Below, in pieces: positions 1 through 11,381 of a DNA stretch of 64,000 nt (position 1 is its first letter; every line of letters starts with the position of its first letter). Source of the stretch: Camelus ferus (Eukaryota). The notes under the pieces are model-generated. The model was not told the DNA's origin, searched no databases, and saw nothing but the letters and a program-made list of their open reading frames with translations. The stretch lies in assembly GCF_009834535.1 (NCBI RefSeq), contig NC_045697.1, positions 111,850,001-111,914,000 on the forward strand. Direction: 5' to 3'. The translations under genes were made by a program, and so were the position numbers.

Positions 1-1337
1 CTGGAGCTGAGGGAAGGACGGGGTCCTCTAGATGAAACGCAGTCCTGCAGGAGAGCCCTGTGGGAGGGGGTGTGACTAGATCTGGGTGTGGGTGGCAGAA
101 GACTGGAGGGGGCCCAGAGGGTGGTAGTGGGCTGGGCAATCAGAGGCTAGAACACTCTGAAATTCATTTGTCCATCATTCTGGATCAAAATACTGTTTTA
201 AACCAATCAGGCATCAAGATAATTAAATCAATAGACTCCCTCACACCTCCCCGCATCGGCCATGGATACTCAGCGTCCAGCTTTGGGATCACTTCACTGA
301 TCTCAGAGGAAAGTCTGGGGAGTTTACCAGGACACATCCTCTGTGGGTGCCCTGAGTTGGCCTCTCAGCTCTTTGAGAATCAGCAGCAGCTTCTAAGGGA
401 AAGTGCCACACATCCTTGTAGAGATTCTGACCTCACAAAGCTTCACTAGCTGGCAGCTCACCAAGGATGTCAGGGAGTAGTTATGTGTATGTGTGTTTCT
501 CAGCTTCAACTCACAATAAAATCCTGATCTCAATCTCATACTGTGCCTGATGTGAAGAGTTTTCTGACCTGGCAGGGTGTCCAGATAAATTTCTTCTAGT
601 CCAAATCAAATCCACTTATGCACACAGTCTGATGTATCTGATATATCCTGTAGTTGAGAACCTTAAGTGAAAAGTAAATTTTTATGTATTATGAATTGAG
701 TGCTGTCAGAAATATCTGTGGTTTAAGCCAAAAAGTAGCAGGTTCTTTTATTAGATTTTTGACAACACTGAAATGATTGAAGCTGAGAATTTTGTCCTTT
801 AACCAGATCCTCTTAGAATCAGGGATGCTATGTGACTTTGCCCAGGTCCACAGATAAGCTGTTGACTGAGGGGGACTCCCCACCCAGGCCTGGGGCTCTC
901 ATCCCCAAGCCCACACACATTTCAACTCCCAGGACACCGTCACATCAGCCAGTGGTCCCTGCGGGTGTAAGTGGATCGTGGTGGAGGGGAGGGTCAGCAG
1001 ATTCTTCAAGGTGGCAGCGAGCTGGTCCCACAACACAGGGCAGCCTTTTCACAGGCAGGATTATTTTTCTCATCCCCAGGAAGGAAAAGGCACTTTCGAC
1101 TTGTGTCTGCTTTCTGACCCAGAGAGTTGCTGAGAGCAGTGAGTGGCCCAGCTGCTCTGCGATCAGCTGCAGGAAGTGAAGGAAGCCACTCTGGCCACTG
1201 CCCGCGCCACCGAGTTCCGACGGCCCTTCGGAGCGCAGCGTCCTGGACAAGGAGTGAGAACCGAGGGTGCGCCTGCTTGTCAGCGTGGAGACCCTGCAGC
1301 CCGGCCTCCAGAGAAAACCCACCTCGGTGCAGCCCCG

Positions 1338-2783
1338 ATGGCGGTGGCGGCGGCCCTGGCTGGACTCCAGGCAGAAGCCAACTGTCCCGTGTGTCTGGAC
1401 GGCCTGAGCGACCCCGTCACCATCGACTGTGGGCACAACTTCTGCCGCCGCTGCATCCAGCAGTCCTGGGCTCACCTGGAGGACAGGTTCCCTTGCCCCG
1501 TGTGCCGCCACCCGTGCCAGGAGCGGCACGTCAGGAGCAACACCCAGCTGGGCAGGATGATCGACATCGCCAGGCAGCTGGGCGGCCGCAGGAGCAAGAG
1601 GAGGAGGCGCGAGGAGCCGCGCCTGTGCGAGCGGCACCACCAGGTCCTGGGCCTCTTCTGCGAGGACGACCTGGAGCTGCTGTGTCCCCTGTGCACGCAG
1701 CCCCCTGAGCACCAGGGCCACGTGGTGAGGTCCGTGGGCGAGGCCGCCGCTCACCACCGCAAGAGGCTCGGCAGTTACGTGGAGCCCCTGAAGACGCGGG
1801 TGGCCGACGCTCAGAGCCTGGTGGCCGCGCAGGACAGGAAGCTGCTGGAGCTGCGGGAGCAGGTGCAGCGCCAGCGGCGGGAGCTGGCCTTGGAGTTCGG
1901 GCAGCTGAACCGGGCTGTGGACCGCGAGCAGGAGGCCGTCCTGGAGAGGCTGGTCCAGGAGGAGCGGGACATCCAGGAGCAGCTGGGCGCCAACGTGGCC
2001 GCCTTCTCGGACCACATTTCCACCCTGAAGGGCCTCCTGCAGGAGGTGGCCGAGCGGAGCGTGCTGCCCGGCGTGAGGCTGCTGAGAGGCATCGGGGGCG
2101 TCCTGCGCAGGTGCGAGGGCCTGCGGTGCCCCGCCGTCTACTCCTTCCAGCTGCGCCGCGAAGGCTGCAGCCTCCCCCCGCAGCACTCGGCTCTGCGCAA
2201 AATCATCCAGACGTTCCGGGAGGACGTGAGCCTGGACCCCGAGACGGCGCACCCCAGCCTGCTGGTGTCCGAGGACAGGAAGTCCGCGACGTTCCTGGGG
2301 AGGAAGCGGAGGGCGCCCCGCGGCGCGCGGAGGTTCAGCGCCGAGCCGGCGGTGCTGGGCGCCCAGAGCTTCGCGCGCGGCCGGCGGTACTGGGAGGTGC
2401 GGCTGGGCGGGCCGGCGTGGGCGGTGGGCGTCTGCGCGGACCCCGCAGACCCCGCCCCCGGGACGCGCGCGGGGCGCCCGGCGGGACCCGGCGGCCGCTG
2501 GACGGTGCGGCTGCGCGGCGGGGCGTACGAGGCGCAGGGGCCCGGGGGCGCCGTCCCCCTGGAGCTGAAGGACCGGCCCGGCGGGGTGGGCGTGTACCTG
2601 GACTACGAGCTGGGCGCCGTGTCCTTCTACAGTGTGGACGACAGGTCTCACCTCCACTCCTTCTCCGCGGCGTTTTCGGAAGTCCTGAAGCCCTACTTCT
2701 GCATCAGGAGCGACTCTCTCACAGTCTGCGCGGTGAGAGACTACGGGGGTGATCCCAGCCAACAGGGACCTGCAGATAACTGA
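1338..2783 (+). CDS. TRIM75: Tripartite motif protein 75-like (RING, B-box2, coiled-coil, PRY-SPRY/B30.2), 481 aa, single coding exon
   Basis: ATG at 1338 opens MAVAAALAGLQAEANCPVCLDGLSDPVTIDCGHNFCRRC (C3HC4 RING), B-box CERHHQVLGLFCEDDLELLCPLC, PRY LDPETAHPSLLVSEDRK and SPRY GVYLDYELGAVSFY. The N-terminus matches recalled TRIM75. AATAAA at 2838-2843; candidate acceptor ...catccccag|GAAGGA at 1079/1080. Confidence 0.85.
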   Translation: MAVAAALAGLQAEANCPVCLDGLSDPVTIDCGHNFCRRCIQQSWAHLEDRFPCPVCRHPCQERHVRSNTQLGRMIDIARQLGGRRSKRRRREEPRLCERHHQVLGLFCEDDLELLCPLCTQPPEHQGHVVRSVGEAAAHHRKRLGSYVEPLKTRVADAQSLVAAQDRKLLELREQVQRQRRELALEFGQLNRAVDREQEAVLERLVQEERDIQEQLGANVAAFSDHISTLKGLLQEVAERSVLPGVRLLRGIGGVLRRCEGLRCPAVYSFQLRREGCSLPPQHSALRKIIQTFREDVSLDPETAHPSLLVSEDRKSATFLGRKRRAPRGARRFSAEPAVLGAQSFARGRRYWEVRLGGPAWAVGVCADPADPAPGTRAGRPAGPGGRWTVRLRGGAYEAQGPGGAVPLELKDRPGGVGVYLDYELGAVSFYSVDDRSHLHSFSAAFSEVLKPYFCIRSDSLTVCAVRDYGGDPSQQGPADN

Positions 2784-2837
2784 AGTGTTTCCAGAACTCT
2801 AACGTGGGAGCGTGTGAAACTGTAGTTTCACAGCTGC

Positions 2838-2843
2838 AATAAA
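2838..2843 (+). terminator. Candidate polyadenylation signal of the TRIM75-like gene
   Basis: AATAAA about 55 nt after the stop, followed by T/GT-rich sequence. Confidence 0.6.
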
Positions 2844-4899
2844 CTTGTGAACATTTGCATGTTTCGTCTACCTGCACCTTTACCTGTTTTATAAGCACCT
2901 TACGCGTTCCAGGTGGGAGAGAAGACAATTGTGCGGGGACACTTTTCAGTGGGTCTCTTGCTTTTCTGCAAGTGTCGGGAGCGAGGAACTGAGGGCTCCA
3001 CACTGTGTTTCCCGGTATGTTTAAGATAGAAGTGGTGTCTGCATCCAGACTTTTAGGACTCACCTTTCTTTATTCCTTTCCCCCACACCTGGGAGAGCTG
3101 ATAAGAAAGTCTGTGTGCAGGGGGAGCTTTGGTGCAGGGGGAGCTTCAAACCAAGCAGGACCCCAGTAGTGCCAGAACCCTCACACCAGCCCCACCCAGT
3201 AACCAGCAAAATAAAACAAAACCCCAAGTTAGAGTCCCTTCTCTCTCATTCATCTTGCACCTACTTGGTAACCACTGTGGTCACCCCATAAACCTTATTG
3301 TGGGAATAATAAACGTTTTCATATTCTTCTGGTATGTGTGGCATCATCAGTCCCGCCCACACTGAACCAGATTTTGGGCGAGGACCCACCCTGGCCACAG
3401 ACCCTAGTCCTAACATTTGGCACTCTGGGCAGGCATTTCTCCTCTGTGGTCTGGCTTCAGACTGGCTCTGCTGCCCCAAAGCAAGCATACACTTTGAGCT
3501 TTTATGCCTTTGCTTGCGAATCAGCCCAGCCTTAATGGTGTCCCCTCCCAGGGTTGGGTGGGGGGAGGGGAACACAGAAGGAAAAAAGATGGAAACCTGA
3601 GGAGGAAACAACTAGAAAAGAGGTCCACAATTTGACCTAATTGGAAATCCACGATATACTCAATTTTTTGAACGAAAAACTTAAAAGTGTGAGATTCTCT
3701 TTTGTGCTCCCACTAAGTTAAAACCCGGTGCCCCCAACGATGTTAGTACGTTACTGAACATAAAGTGGACATCAAAGAGGTATGCAGCATCTTATCCATG
3801 GGAACTGTGGCCGTGCCTGAATTCCCCCAGTTCATAGCACATATTGTCATAAACTGTCCAAGAGAAGGCATGGATGATCTAACCCGTGAGAAATAGATAA
3901 AAATTAAATCGAACCGTTGGCACCTACAAATTGGCTTCACAAAATGGGATCCCATGGAATTTCAACATTTTGAAATTCACTGTGCAAGATCTATTTTGGG
4001 TAAAGTTTAATTATCCCCACTGCTTTTGTTTTACTTAAATTTTGCCTGTTTTTTAACTTGAGAAGAGGGTATCTCACAGTGAATGACCACAACCTAAATG
4101 CTGTGTTCTCACCCAGTATTGTCTAATTACTGGTTCCATCCAATCAGCAACTGGTAAATATCTGACTGTTATACGTTTGGCCAGTATGTTCTAATCAGAG
4201 CTTATTTCAACAGCTTCCCAGCCGTAATTTTCCTTTACTTACAGCAGGATACCAGGCAATCCCAGGAACTTCAACAACCTTGCTAGGGCAGGCAGTGTGT
4301 GGGGGCAAGATTTTCACTTCATCCAGCTTTCTCTGGGAGTACAGTTGATTTACATTTCTGATGCCCTTCTTCAGAGAATCATTTGAACACTCAGTCTTGG
4401 TTAATTTCCTGACAATTACTTGGTAAACTGAGAGCACCTCTATCCCTGACACTGTTGAGAAGTAACTGTTGACCCTCTCAGAACCCACGATGTGGAAACA
4501 AGCCCAATGTCTTTTAGGCCTTTTTGGGTTTTGGAGGCAACATATTCTTCGTTTATCAGTCTTACTCAAGGCCATTCATAGTGTTACTTGCAAATCAGCC
4601 CACCTTTAATGAGGCCCTTTCCAATGAGGGCTCTAGAATCTGTCAAAGTCGGAATCCGTTAAGTGCTCCTATGAGTGCCCCAGGAACATCTCCGTGGGGC
4701 TTCAGCAACTTCCTTGTGCTTCCTGGAGACTCTGGACCACCGTGACCACCACAGGTTCCCCTGCACTCCTGTTACAACACCCTGCCCTGCTTAGATGTGT
4801 GCCATTGCCACACTCATGACTATTGACAGTTACTGTTACCTATTGAGAAGAGCAGTAACTGTGCAAAATCAAATTGGTTTTGGTCCTTTTATAACATAC

Positions 4900-6420
4900 A
4901 CGGTAGATAATAAATTTGTGTAAATAATGTATATGTGCAGTTTAAAGGAAAAATACCATACTCAAGTGTCTACCATTCAACTTAAGAATATACCTGTGGT
5001 TTCAAGTCCTTCTGTACCCCTCCTCAATTGCATTCCATTTCCTCCCTGGAACCCAGAGTAATCACTAGCCTGAATTTTGTGTTGCATCCCTTGTTTGCTT
5101 TTCTTTATGGTTGTCATATGTATCATTAATAAATTGTTTAGTTTTGCCTGATTTGGGGCTTCCTATAAATGGAAACATACAACAGATTTCCCTATGGCTT
5201 GCTATTTTCTCTAAATGTTATGTTGAGATTCTGATACGTGTAACTTTGTCTATTTTTAAAATTGCTGCTGAGTATCTGTTATATGATCATATCAGTTTGT
5301 CCATTCTATAGTTTCTACAGTTAATAAGAGGGCCCATATGACATTTCTATTGCCAGAGAGAAAAACCTTTCTCTAATTGTCAACTTAATTAGCTACATTA
5401 AAAGAAAGAAATCACTGGTTTCCTATTGAAAGAACCATGGGGAGCAACTTATTAGTTTGAAAAAGGGTAAGCACTAATTGCTATGAAGGGAAACAAATCA
5501 GGGATCTGTGACAGACAACACTGAGGAAGGGATAGCAACTTAAAGCAGCTGTGCAGATGTCAGATAAAAGTGTTCCAAGCAGAGGGAATGGCAGGTGCAA
5601 AGCCGTAAGGAAGAATCACCCCTGGCCTATGGAAACAGCAAGTTGCTAAGAGTGGTTGGAGCAGAGCAAAGAACGAGTGATAGGAAACAAGAAAAGGAGT
5701 AGCAGTGTCTGTGATATAACCGTAGGGGCCACCAAATGCTTGGTGGGTTTTGAGCACGGAAGTGGCACATTTGTTTTCAAAGGATCGCTTGGCTGCAGTG
5801 TTGCTGAAAGACTGTAGGGAGCAAGGATAGAACCAGGGAGACAAATGAGAATACTGGAATAATAATCTAGTGTATGCATTCCTTGTACATTGTTTGCAGA
5901 AGTTACATATGGGCTAAACAAACATCCACCAGTGAGGAAATCACTAGGTACCACTGACAGCATTATTTTATGTGAAGGAACAGGAGGTATCAAAAGTAAC
6001 AGAAGTAACAACAGAAAAAAGAAGTACAGAAACTGAGCAAATATGAGCAATAAAATGAAGGGTAAAACCAATCATAAATATGTCAAGAATCAACGTTGTA
6101 CTGGAGGTCCCAGCCAGTGTGATCAGGCAAGAAAAAGTACCTAGATTGTTAGAGAATTTAAAATGTATTTGCTGATGACATAATAACTCTGCATAAAGTC
6201 CAATGGATCTACTTAAGGATAACCTGACAAAAGACATTAAGGGCATGTATAATGAAAAAGCTACAAAATACTGCAGAGAGAAGTTAAAAGACCCAAATAA
6301 GTGAGTTCATGGGTTAGAAGCCTTGATATCAAGATGTCAATCCTCCCCAAATTGGTCTAAAAACTCAACACAATCTCATCAAAAACTTAAGTCTTTTTTG
6401 ATGATACAAGTTCTTCTGAA
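4900..6420. mobile_element. Old degraded LINE fragments (L1M-type at about 4900-5310 and 5950-6420, L2-like at about 5470-5860)
   Basis: L1 ORF2-like remnants (caagatgtcaatcctccccaaattg) and L2-like gttccaagcagagggaatggcaggtgcaaag; boundaries approximate. Confidence 0.45.
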
Positions 6421-6864
6421 TTTAACCTATCTGTGATCTACTGAAAACTGTGGTTCCCTGAGTAGAGTTAGCCTGAGGAGGAAAACACAGAAACCAACAG
6501 GGATTCTGGGAAAAAAGGTCAGTTCCCCAAATGGGTCAAGGATGGCAGCTAAACGGAGCTAAGGACATGTAGTCCAAACGGGAAAAAAGCGAAGATTACC
6601 TTCTGATTGTATGCGTAGTATTTAAGTATATGATGCATGTACATAGTGGGGGCACCACCCCATCTTCAGTAGTACTAAGTGAAGATTGAGAAAGACAGAC
6701 ACAGAATTAGAAGGAAACATGTTACTGAGAAATATTGAGGTAAAGAGATGAAAGTTGAATGTGGCTACCTTCACACAGCAGTTGGTCCTGTATGACTTTA
6801 AAAGAGGTTTATTTTTTAAGGAAAAAAAAAGTAGGCAATTAATACAGAAAAAAATTACTGGACT

Positions 6865-6870
6865 TTTATT
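6865..6870 (-). terminator. Candidate polyadenylation signal of TRIM60
   Basis: tttatt on + (AATAAA on -) about 275 nt past the stop; a second candidate lies at 6808-6813. Confidence 0.5.
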
Positions 6871-7144
6871 GACAATTAGTGAACTTCTAAAGTAATGTAT
6901 TTCATAAGTATTTCATCTTAGATTTCTAAAGCACTTTCCAATTGGATCCCATAATTTATCTGTAAGGTAGGCATTATAACCACACTCTTTAGAAGTTTCT
7001 AAAACTGAGAAAAACTGTTCTAGTTGTTTACAGGAAAAACTAAAATTAAATAAAGAATTGCTGAGACTAGGTTCACTAGCTTAGTTTTGTCCAGTCACTG
7101 ACAAAAAAAAAAAAAAAACCATTTAAGAGTCTTACAATAGTCCA

Positions 7145-8566
7145 TCATTCAGAATCTGCTACTGTACAGATTTTAAGAGGTTTAGAGTCAGTTCCAGTAT
7201 AGAAATAAGGCCAAAGTGCTTCTGTAAAACAATCACTAAAAATATAGAGAAGAGCTCTATCACTCAAATTGTAAAAGGAAACCTCACCCAAATCATAGTC
7301 CAAAAACACGCCAATCTTACTGGGTGTTACTCTTGGCAGAAGATTAATTTTTTTAGGGCCCAATGCAACATAATTACTCTGACTGCATCGTCCAATACCC
7401 CATAATCCATCCTGTACTAAAATCCACTGATTCTGACTCTTTCTCCTTCTGGGAAGCGAGTCTTCACAGACACCCACGATCCATTCAGGCTTGTCTTTCA
7501 CTTCTACCTCCCAATAATGCCTGCCAGCACTATAGCCCTGAGAACCCAGAACAGCTGGGCAGAGATAAAATTTCCTCGGGTTACGAGGTAAGCTTTTCAT
7601 TTTACTTCCATAATGCACAGTTTTCCTATCTTCTGAGACAATAAGTTTACGATGTGCTGTTTCAGGATCTAGAACTACATCTACTTGAAACTGCTTGATA
7701 ATTTTGTTTAGGCCAGAATACTGTGGAGGAAGACTGTAACCATATTCTTTCAACTGGAATGAAAAAGGTTCAGGAGACTCTATGGTTCTATACCTATGGT
7801 AGATATTTTTAACATCTGCCAGTAATTCCAGTTCTGACTTCACATATTTGCTCTCTATCTCCTTTAATAGATATTTTAATATGGAAACATGATCTGAAAA
7901 TTTTGTTAGATTTTCATTTAGTTTTGTTAAAATATCCATTTCTTCATCTTGTAATTGCCGAAGAACAGTCTTTTGCTCATTTTGGAGAAACAACACAAGT
8001 TGCTCAAATTCAGCCTTTATTTCTTCTCTCCTATATTCCACTTTCTTCTTCAGTTCCAATGATTTTCTGGTTTGCATAGTTATTACTTTTTCAGCTTGCT
8101 CCACTCTCTCCTTCCAAAGCTCAGTGCAACGCTCCAATCTTTTCCTGTGATAGGGGGCAGCTTTTTCTATGGGCCAAATGTAGTGATTCCGGTGATCAGT
8201 GGAGAAACTGCACTGTGGACATAAAACCTCTCGGTCCTTCTGACAGAAAAAAATCAAAACCTGATTGTGCTTTTCACACATAAGCTTCTCTTCCTGCCTC
8301 TTCCTCTTGCTTTTTCTCATCTGGAGCAGCTTAGCAATTTCAATCAAATTGCCCAGCTGGAGATTGCGCATCAATTTCCTTTCTGAACAGCAAAATCTGC
8401 AAAAAGGGCAGGGGAAAGTATCATTTAGATCCTTCCAGGACATATCAATACAGGACCAACAGAAGTTATGCCCACAGATGATAGTCACTGGGTCTTTCAA
8501 GTAGTCCAGACAGATGGGGCAGCTCGCCCCTGCCTGGAGGTCTGCCAGGGCTGTCACAAACTCCAT
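7145..8566 (-). CDS. TRIM60: Tripartite motif protein 60 (RING, B-box, coiled-coil, PRY-SPRY), 473 aa, single coding exon
   Basis: ATG at 8566 (ccATGG Kozak): MEFVTALADLQAGASCPICLDYLKDPVTIICGHNFC...LPPQYSGL...WPYFYTGTDSKPLKICTVADSE*. Closely matches recalled TRIM60. The upstream non-ATG extension in the ORF track was not used. Confidence 0.9.
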   Translation of the reverse strand: MEFVTALADLQAGASCPICLDYLKDPVTIICGHNFCWSCIDMSWKDLNDTFPCPFCRFCCSERKLMRNLQLGNLIEIAKLLQMRKSKRKRQEEKLMCEKHNQVLIFFCQKDREVLCPQCSFSTDHRNHYIWPIEKAAPYHRKRLERCTELWKERVEQAEKVITMQTRKSLELKKKVEYRREEIKAEFEQLVLFLQNEQKTVLRQLQDEEMDILTKLNENLTKFSDHVSILKYLLKEIESKYVKSELELLADVKNIYHRYRTIESPEPFSFQLKEYGYSLPPQYSGLNKIIKQFQVDVVLDPETAHRKLIVSEDRKTVHYGSKMKSLPRNPRKFYLCPAVLGSQGYSAGRHYWEVEVKDKPEWIVGVCEDSLPRRRKSQNQWILVQDGLWGIGRCSQSNYVALGPKKINLLPRVTPSKIGVFLDYDLGEVSFYNLSDRALLYIFSDCFTEALWPYFYTGTDSKPLKICTVADSE

Positions 8567-9729
8567 GGAACCACGTGAACAGAAGTGGTCAGGTAATGAG
8601 CCCTTTAGTAAGACTGGGTCTCTGGTGCTCAAGACCCAGTGAGCAGTGGATGTCTTCCCCCAGACCTCACAAACGGACCAGCTTTCAGCTTTAATGGCTT
8701 GGTATGTTGATGGCAGCCTCTACAGACTACTTCCCTCTCCCTTAGCTCCAGAGTCTGTTGCCAAGAAGACTCCAACTCCACAGGCTGCAGTCTACTGCAC
8801 ACTAGAACACAGTAGCTGGGCCACTGCTCTTCCCACTCATGTGAAGTCAAGTTCAATGGCTTTCTAGTGTAAGGAAGTAGTCTTAGGTCCAAGGCAAGGA
8901 ATCCTTCCTATGGGTGAGAAAAGACATTAAGTTAAAAATATGGTCCCACAACCACCAATGTATTAAAACATTCGCACAAGAATCATCAATGAATGCTAAA
9001 CTTGTTAGATGGAGGTACATGGAAAAAAATGGGAATTTACAGTTGTAGACATTCAGCTCACATTCCTTATTAATCAAAAACAACAACAAAATATGGCACA
9101 AATTGACTCTATGTGCTTCCTGATATGATGCAATGGGAAGCACACAAAACTGCCTATAAAATATTCTATCTCAATCTAATCACAAGAAAACAGTAAGTCT
9201 AATTTAGATTGTGGGGCATTTACAAGAAAATTGGTATGCGTTCCTCAAAAATGTCAATGTCGTGAAAAGGCAAAAAAAAAAGATTCTAGATTTAAGACTA
9301 AAGAAATATGACAATAAAATATGATGCACAATCTGATGAATCTGGGATATAAAATAAAAAATTAGACTAAACTAAACTAAAAGAACACTTTGGGGAAAAA
9401 TGTGAGCATTTTAGTATGGACTGTATCGCATATAACATTGTATGAGTACTAAATTGCGTTTAATTTATCATATTATTTATAAGTAAGAAGTAAAATGTCC
9501 TTGTTCTTAAGAGATAAAACTGCAGTGGTGGGAGTGGAGGTGGGGACCCAATGGCTGCAACTTACTTTAAGAAGGTTCAATAATTTTAAAAGGTATATAT
9601 ACATAGAGAAAAGGCAACTATATAGCAAAAGGCTAACAATTGGTGAATCCCGGCAAAAGGTATCTTTATGTTCACTGCATATCCTTTCAACTTTTCTGTA
9701 GGTATGAAACTTTCAAAATAAAAAGTTAG

Positions 9730-10520
9730 GGGTCCATCATCAAAAAGTCTACAAATAATAAATGCTGGAGAGGGTGTGAAGAAAAGAAAAAACTCTTACA
9801 CTGTTGGTGGGAATGTAAATTGGTGCAGCCACTATGGAGGTTCCTTAAAAAACAAAAAAATAGAGTTACTATATGATCCAGCAACCCCATTCCTGGGCAT
9901 ATACCCAGAGGAAACTCTACTTTGAAAAGATACACACACTCCAATATTCACAGCAGCACTATTTGCAATAAGCAAGACATGGAAGCAACCTAATGTCCAT
10001 CGACAGACAACTGGATAAGAAGATGTGGTATATATGTGGGTGTGTGTATATATATATATATATATATATGCATATTACTCAGCCATAAAAAAGAATGAAA
10101 TAATACCATTTGCAGCAACATGGATGGACCTAGAGATTATCATACTAAGTGAAGCCAAAGACAAATATCATATATCACTTATATGTAGAATCTAAAAAAA
10201 AGATACAAAGGAACTCATTTACACAACAAAGACTCACAGATACAGAAAACAAACTTATGGTTACCAAAGGGGAAAGGGGAGTAGGGATAAATTTGGGATT
10301 AACAGATACACATTGCTATGTATAAAACATAAACAATAAGAACCTACCATATAGCACAAGGAGTTACATTCAGTATCTTATAATAACATACAATGGAAAA
10401 GAATCTGAAAAATAACATATATATATATATATATATATTGTTATATATATATAACTGAATCACTTTGCTGTATGCCTGAAACACTGTAAATCAACTATAC
10501 TTCAATTTAAAAAAAAAAGA
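9730..10520 (+). mobile_element. LINE-1 3' fragment (ORF2 end, 3' UTR and A-tail)
   Basis: aaatgctggagagggtgtg...gcagcaacatggatggacctagagattatcatactaagtgaag...tcaactatacttcaatttaaaaaaaaaa. Confidence 0.85.
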
Positions 10521-11296
10521 TGCTATACTCCCCGGACCGAAAAAGAGGTAGGGGGAAAATTTCTTGGCTTGTTTTCAAGATACACCCAATTTTTAAGCAA
10601 ATCAAATTCCTGTAAGCTTATCATCAACACAGTATTCTTTCCCTTCTCCAGGAACTAACAGACACTTTCTCAACTTTTCTTCTTCACAACACGAAGACAG
10701 AATAATATGGGCATGGTTTTGACCTTTGAAACTGGCTTTGCCGTGGTGACCTAGTAAGTTCTTTTACTACAGACTTTCTTTTCCTACCAGCAGAATAGGA
10801 AAAATGCAGTAGTTCTAGAAATTCTCTGTAAAGTATCCCAAACTCAAGGCTTGACTGTCTTGTACCTGCATAAGCAAAAGCTATCATAGCAACATGCTAT
10901 GGGAGGCAGTGTTTCACAATGGAAAGACTAACATTTTTAGAAGGATACTAGGTTTGAATCCTGGTTCAGCTACTTATTGTGTATCTTCAAGAAAAGTCAT
11001 GTACCTTTTTTTGAATCCCATTTTTATGACCTATAAATAAGAATTATAGTAACTTTTGAAAATAAGGACACCATATAAATTACACTTAATATATGTCCAC
11101 TGTTCTTGGCCAACAAGGATCTATTTATTTGAATCTGGACTGAAACGTGGCCCACTCATTGCATTTGCTTAATAGTTCTCTTGAATACCTTTCAATCTAG
11201 AATAGTATTCCCCTGTCTCCACCTTTGTCCTGTAGATTATCCCAAGTTCTTTATTTGCCTATTGCTTCTTGATATAATTTATCCCTCAAGCCTTTA

Positions 11297-11381
11297 CTTT
11301 TTTAATGGAGGTACTGGGGATTGAACCCAGGACCTCAGGCATGCTAAGGACACACTCTACCACTGAGCTATACCCTCCCCA
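11297..11381 (-). mobile_element. tRNA-Ala-derived SINE (Vic-1-like)
   Basis: ggaggtactggggattgaacccaggacc...ctctaccactgagctataccctcccc; flanked by a caagcctt direct repeat (TSD). Confidence 0.85.

Noticed and set aside
1143..1337. N-terminal extension of the TRIM75 ORF (likewise 8567-8632 for TRIM60)
   Set aside because: Begins at a non-ATG codon; family homology starts at MAVAAAL and MEFVTAL respectively.
945..2762. 605-aa antisense ORF and other overlapping ORFs on TRIM75
   Set aside because: Expected shadow of an extremely GC-rich CDS with few stop codons; no recognisable domain.
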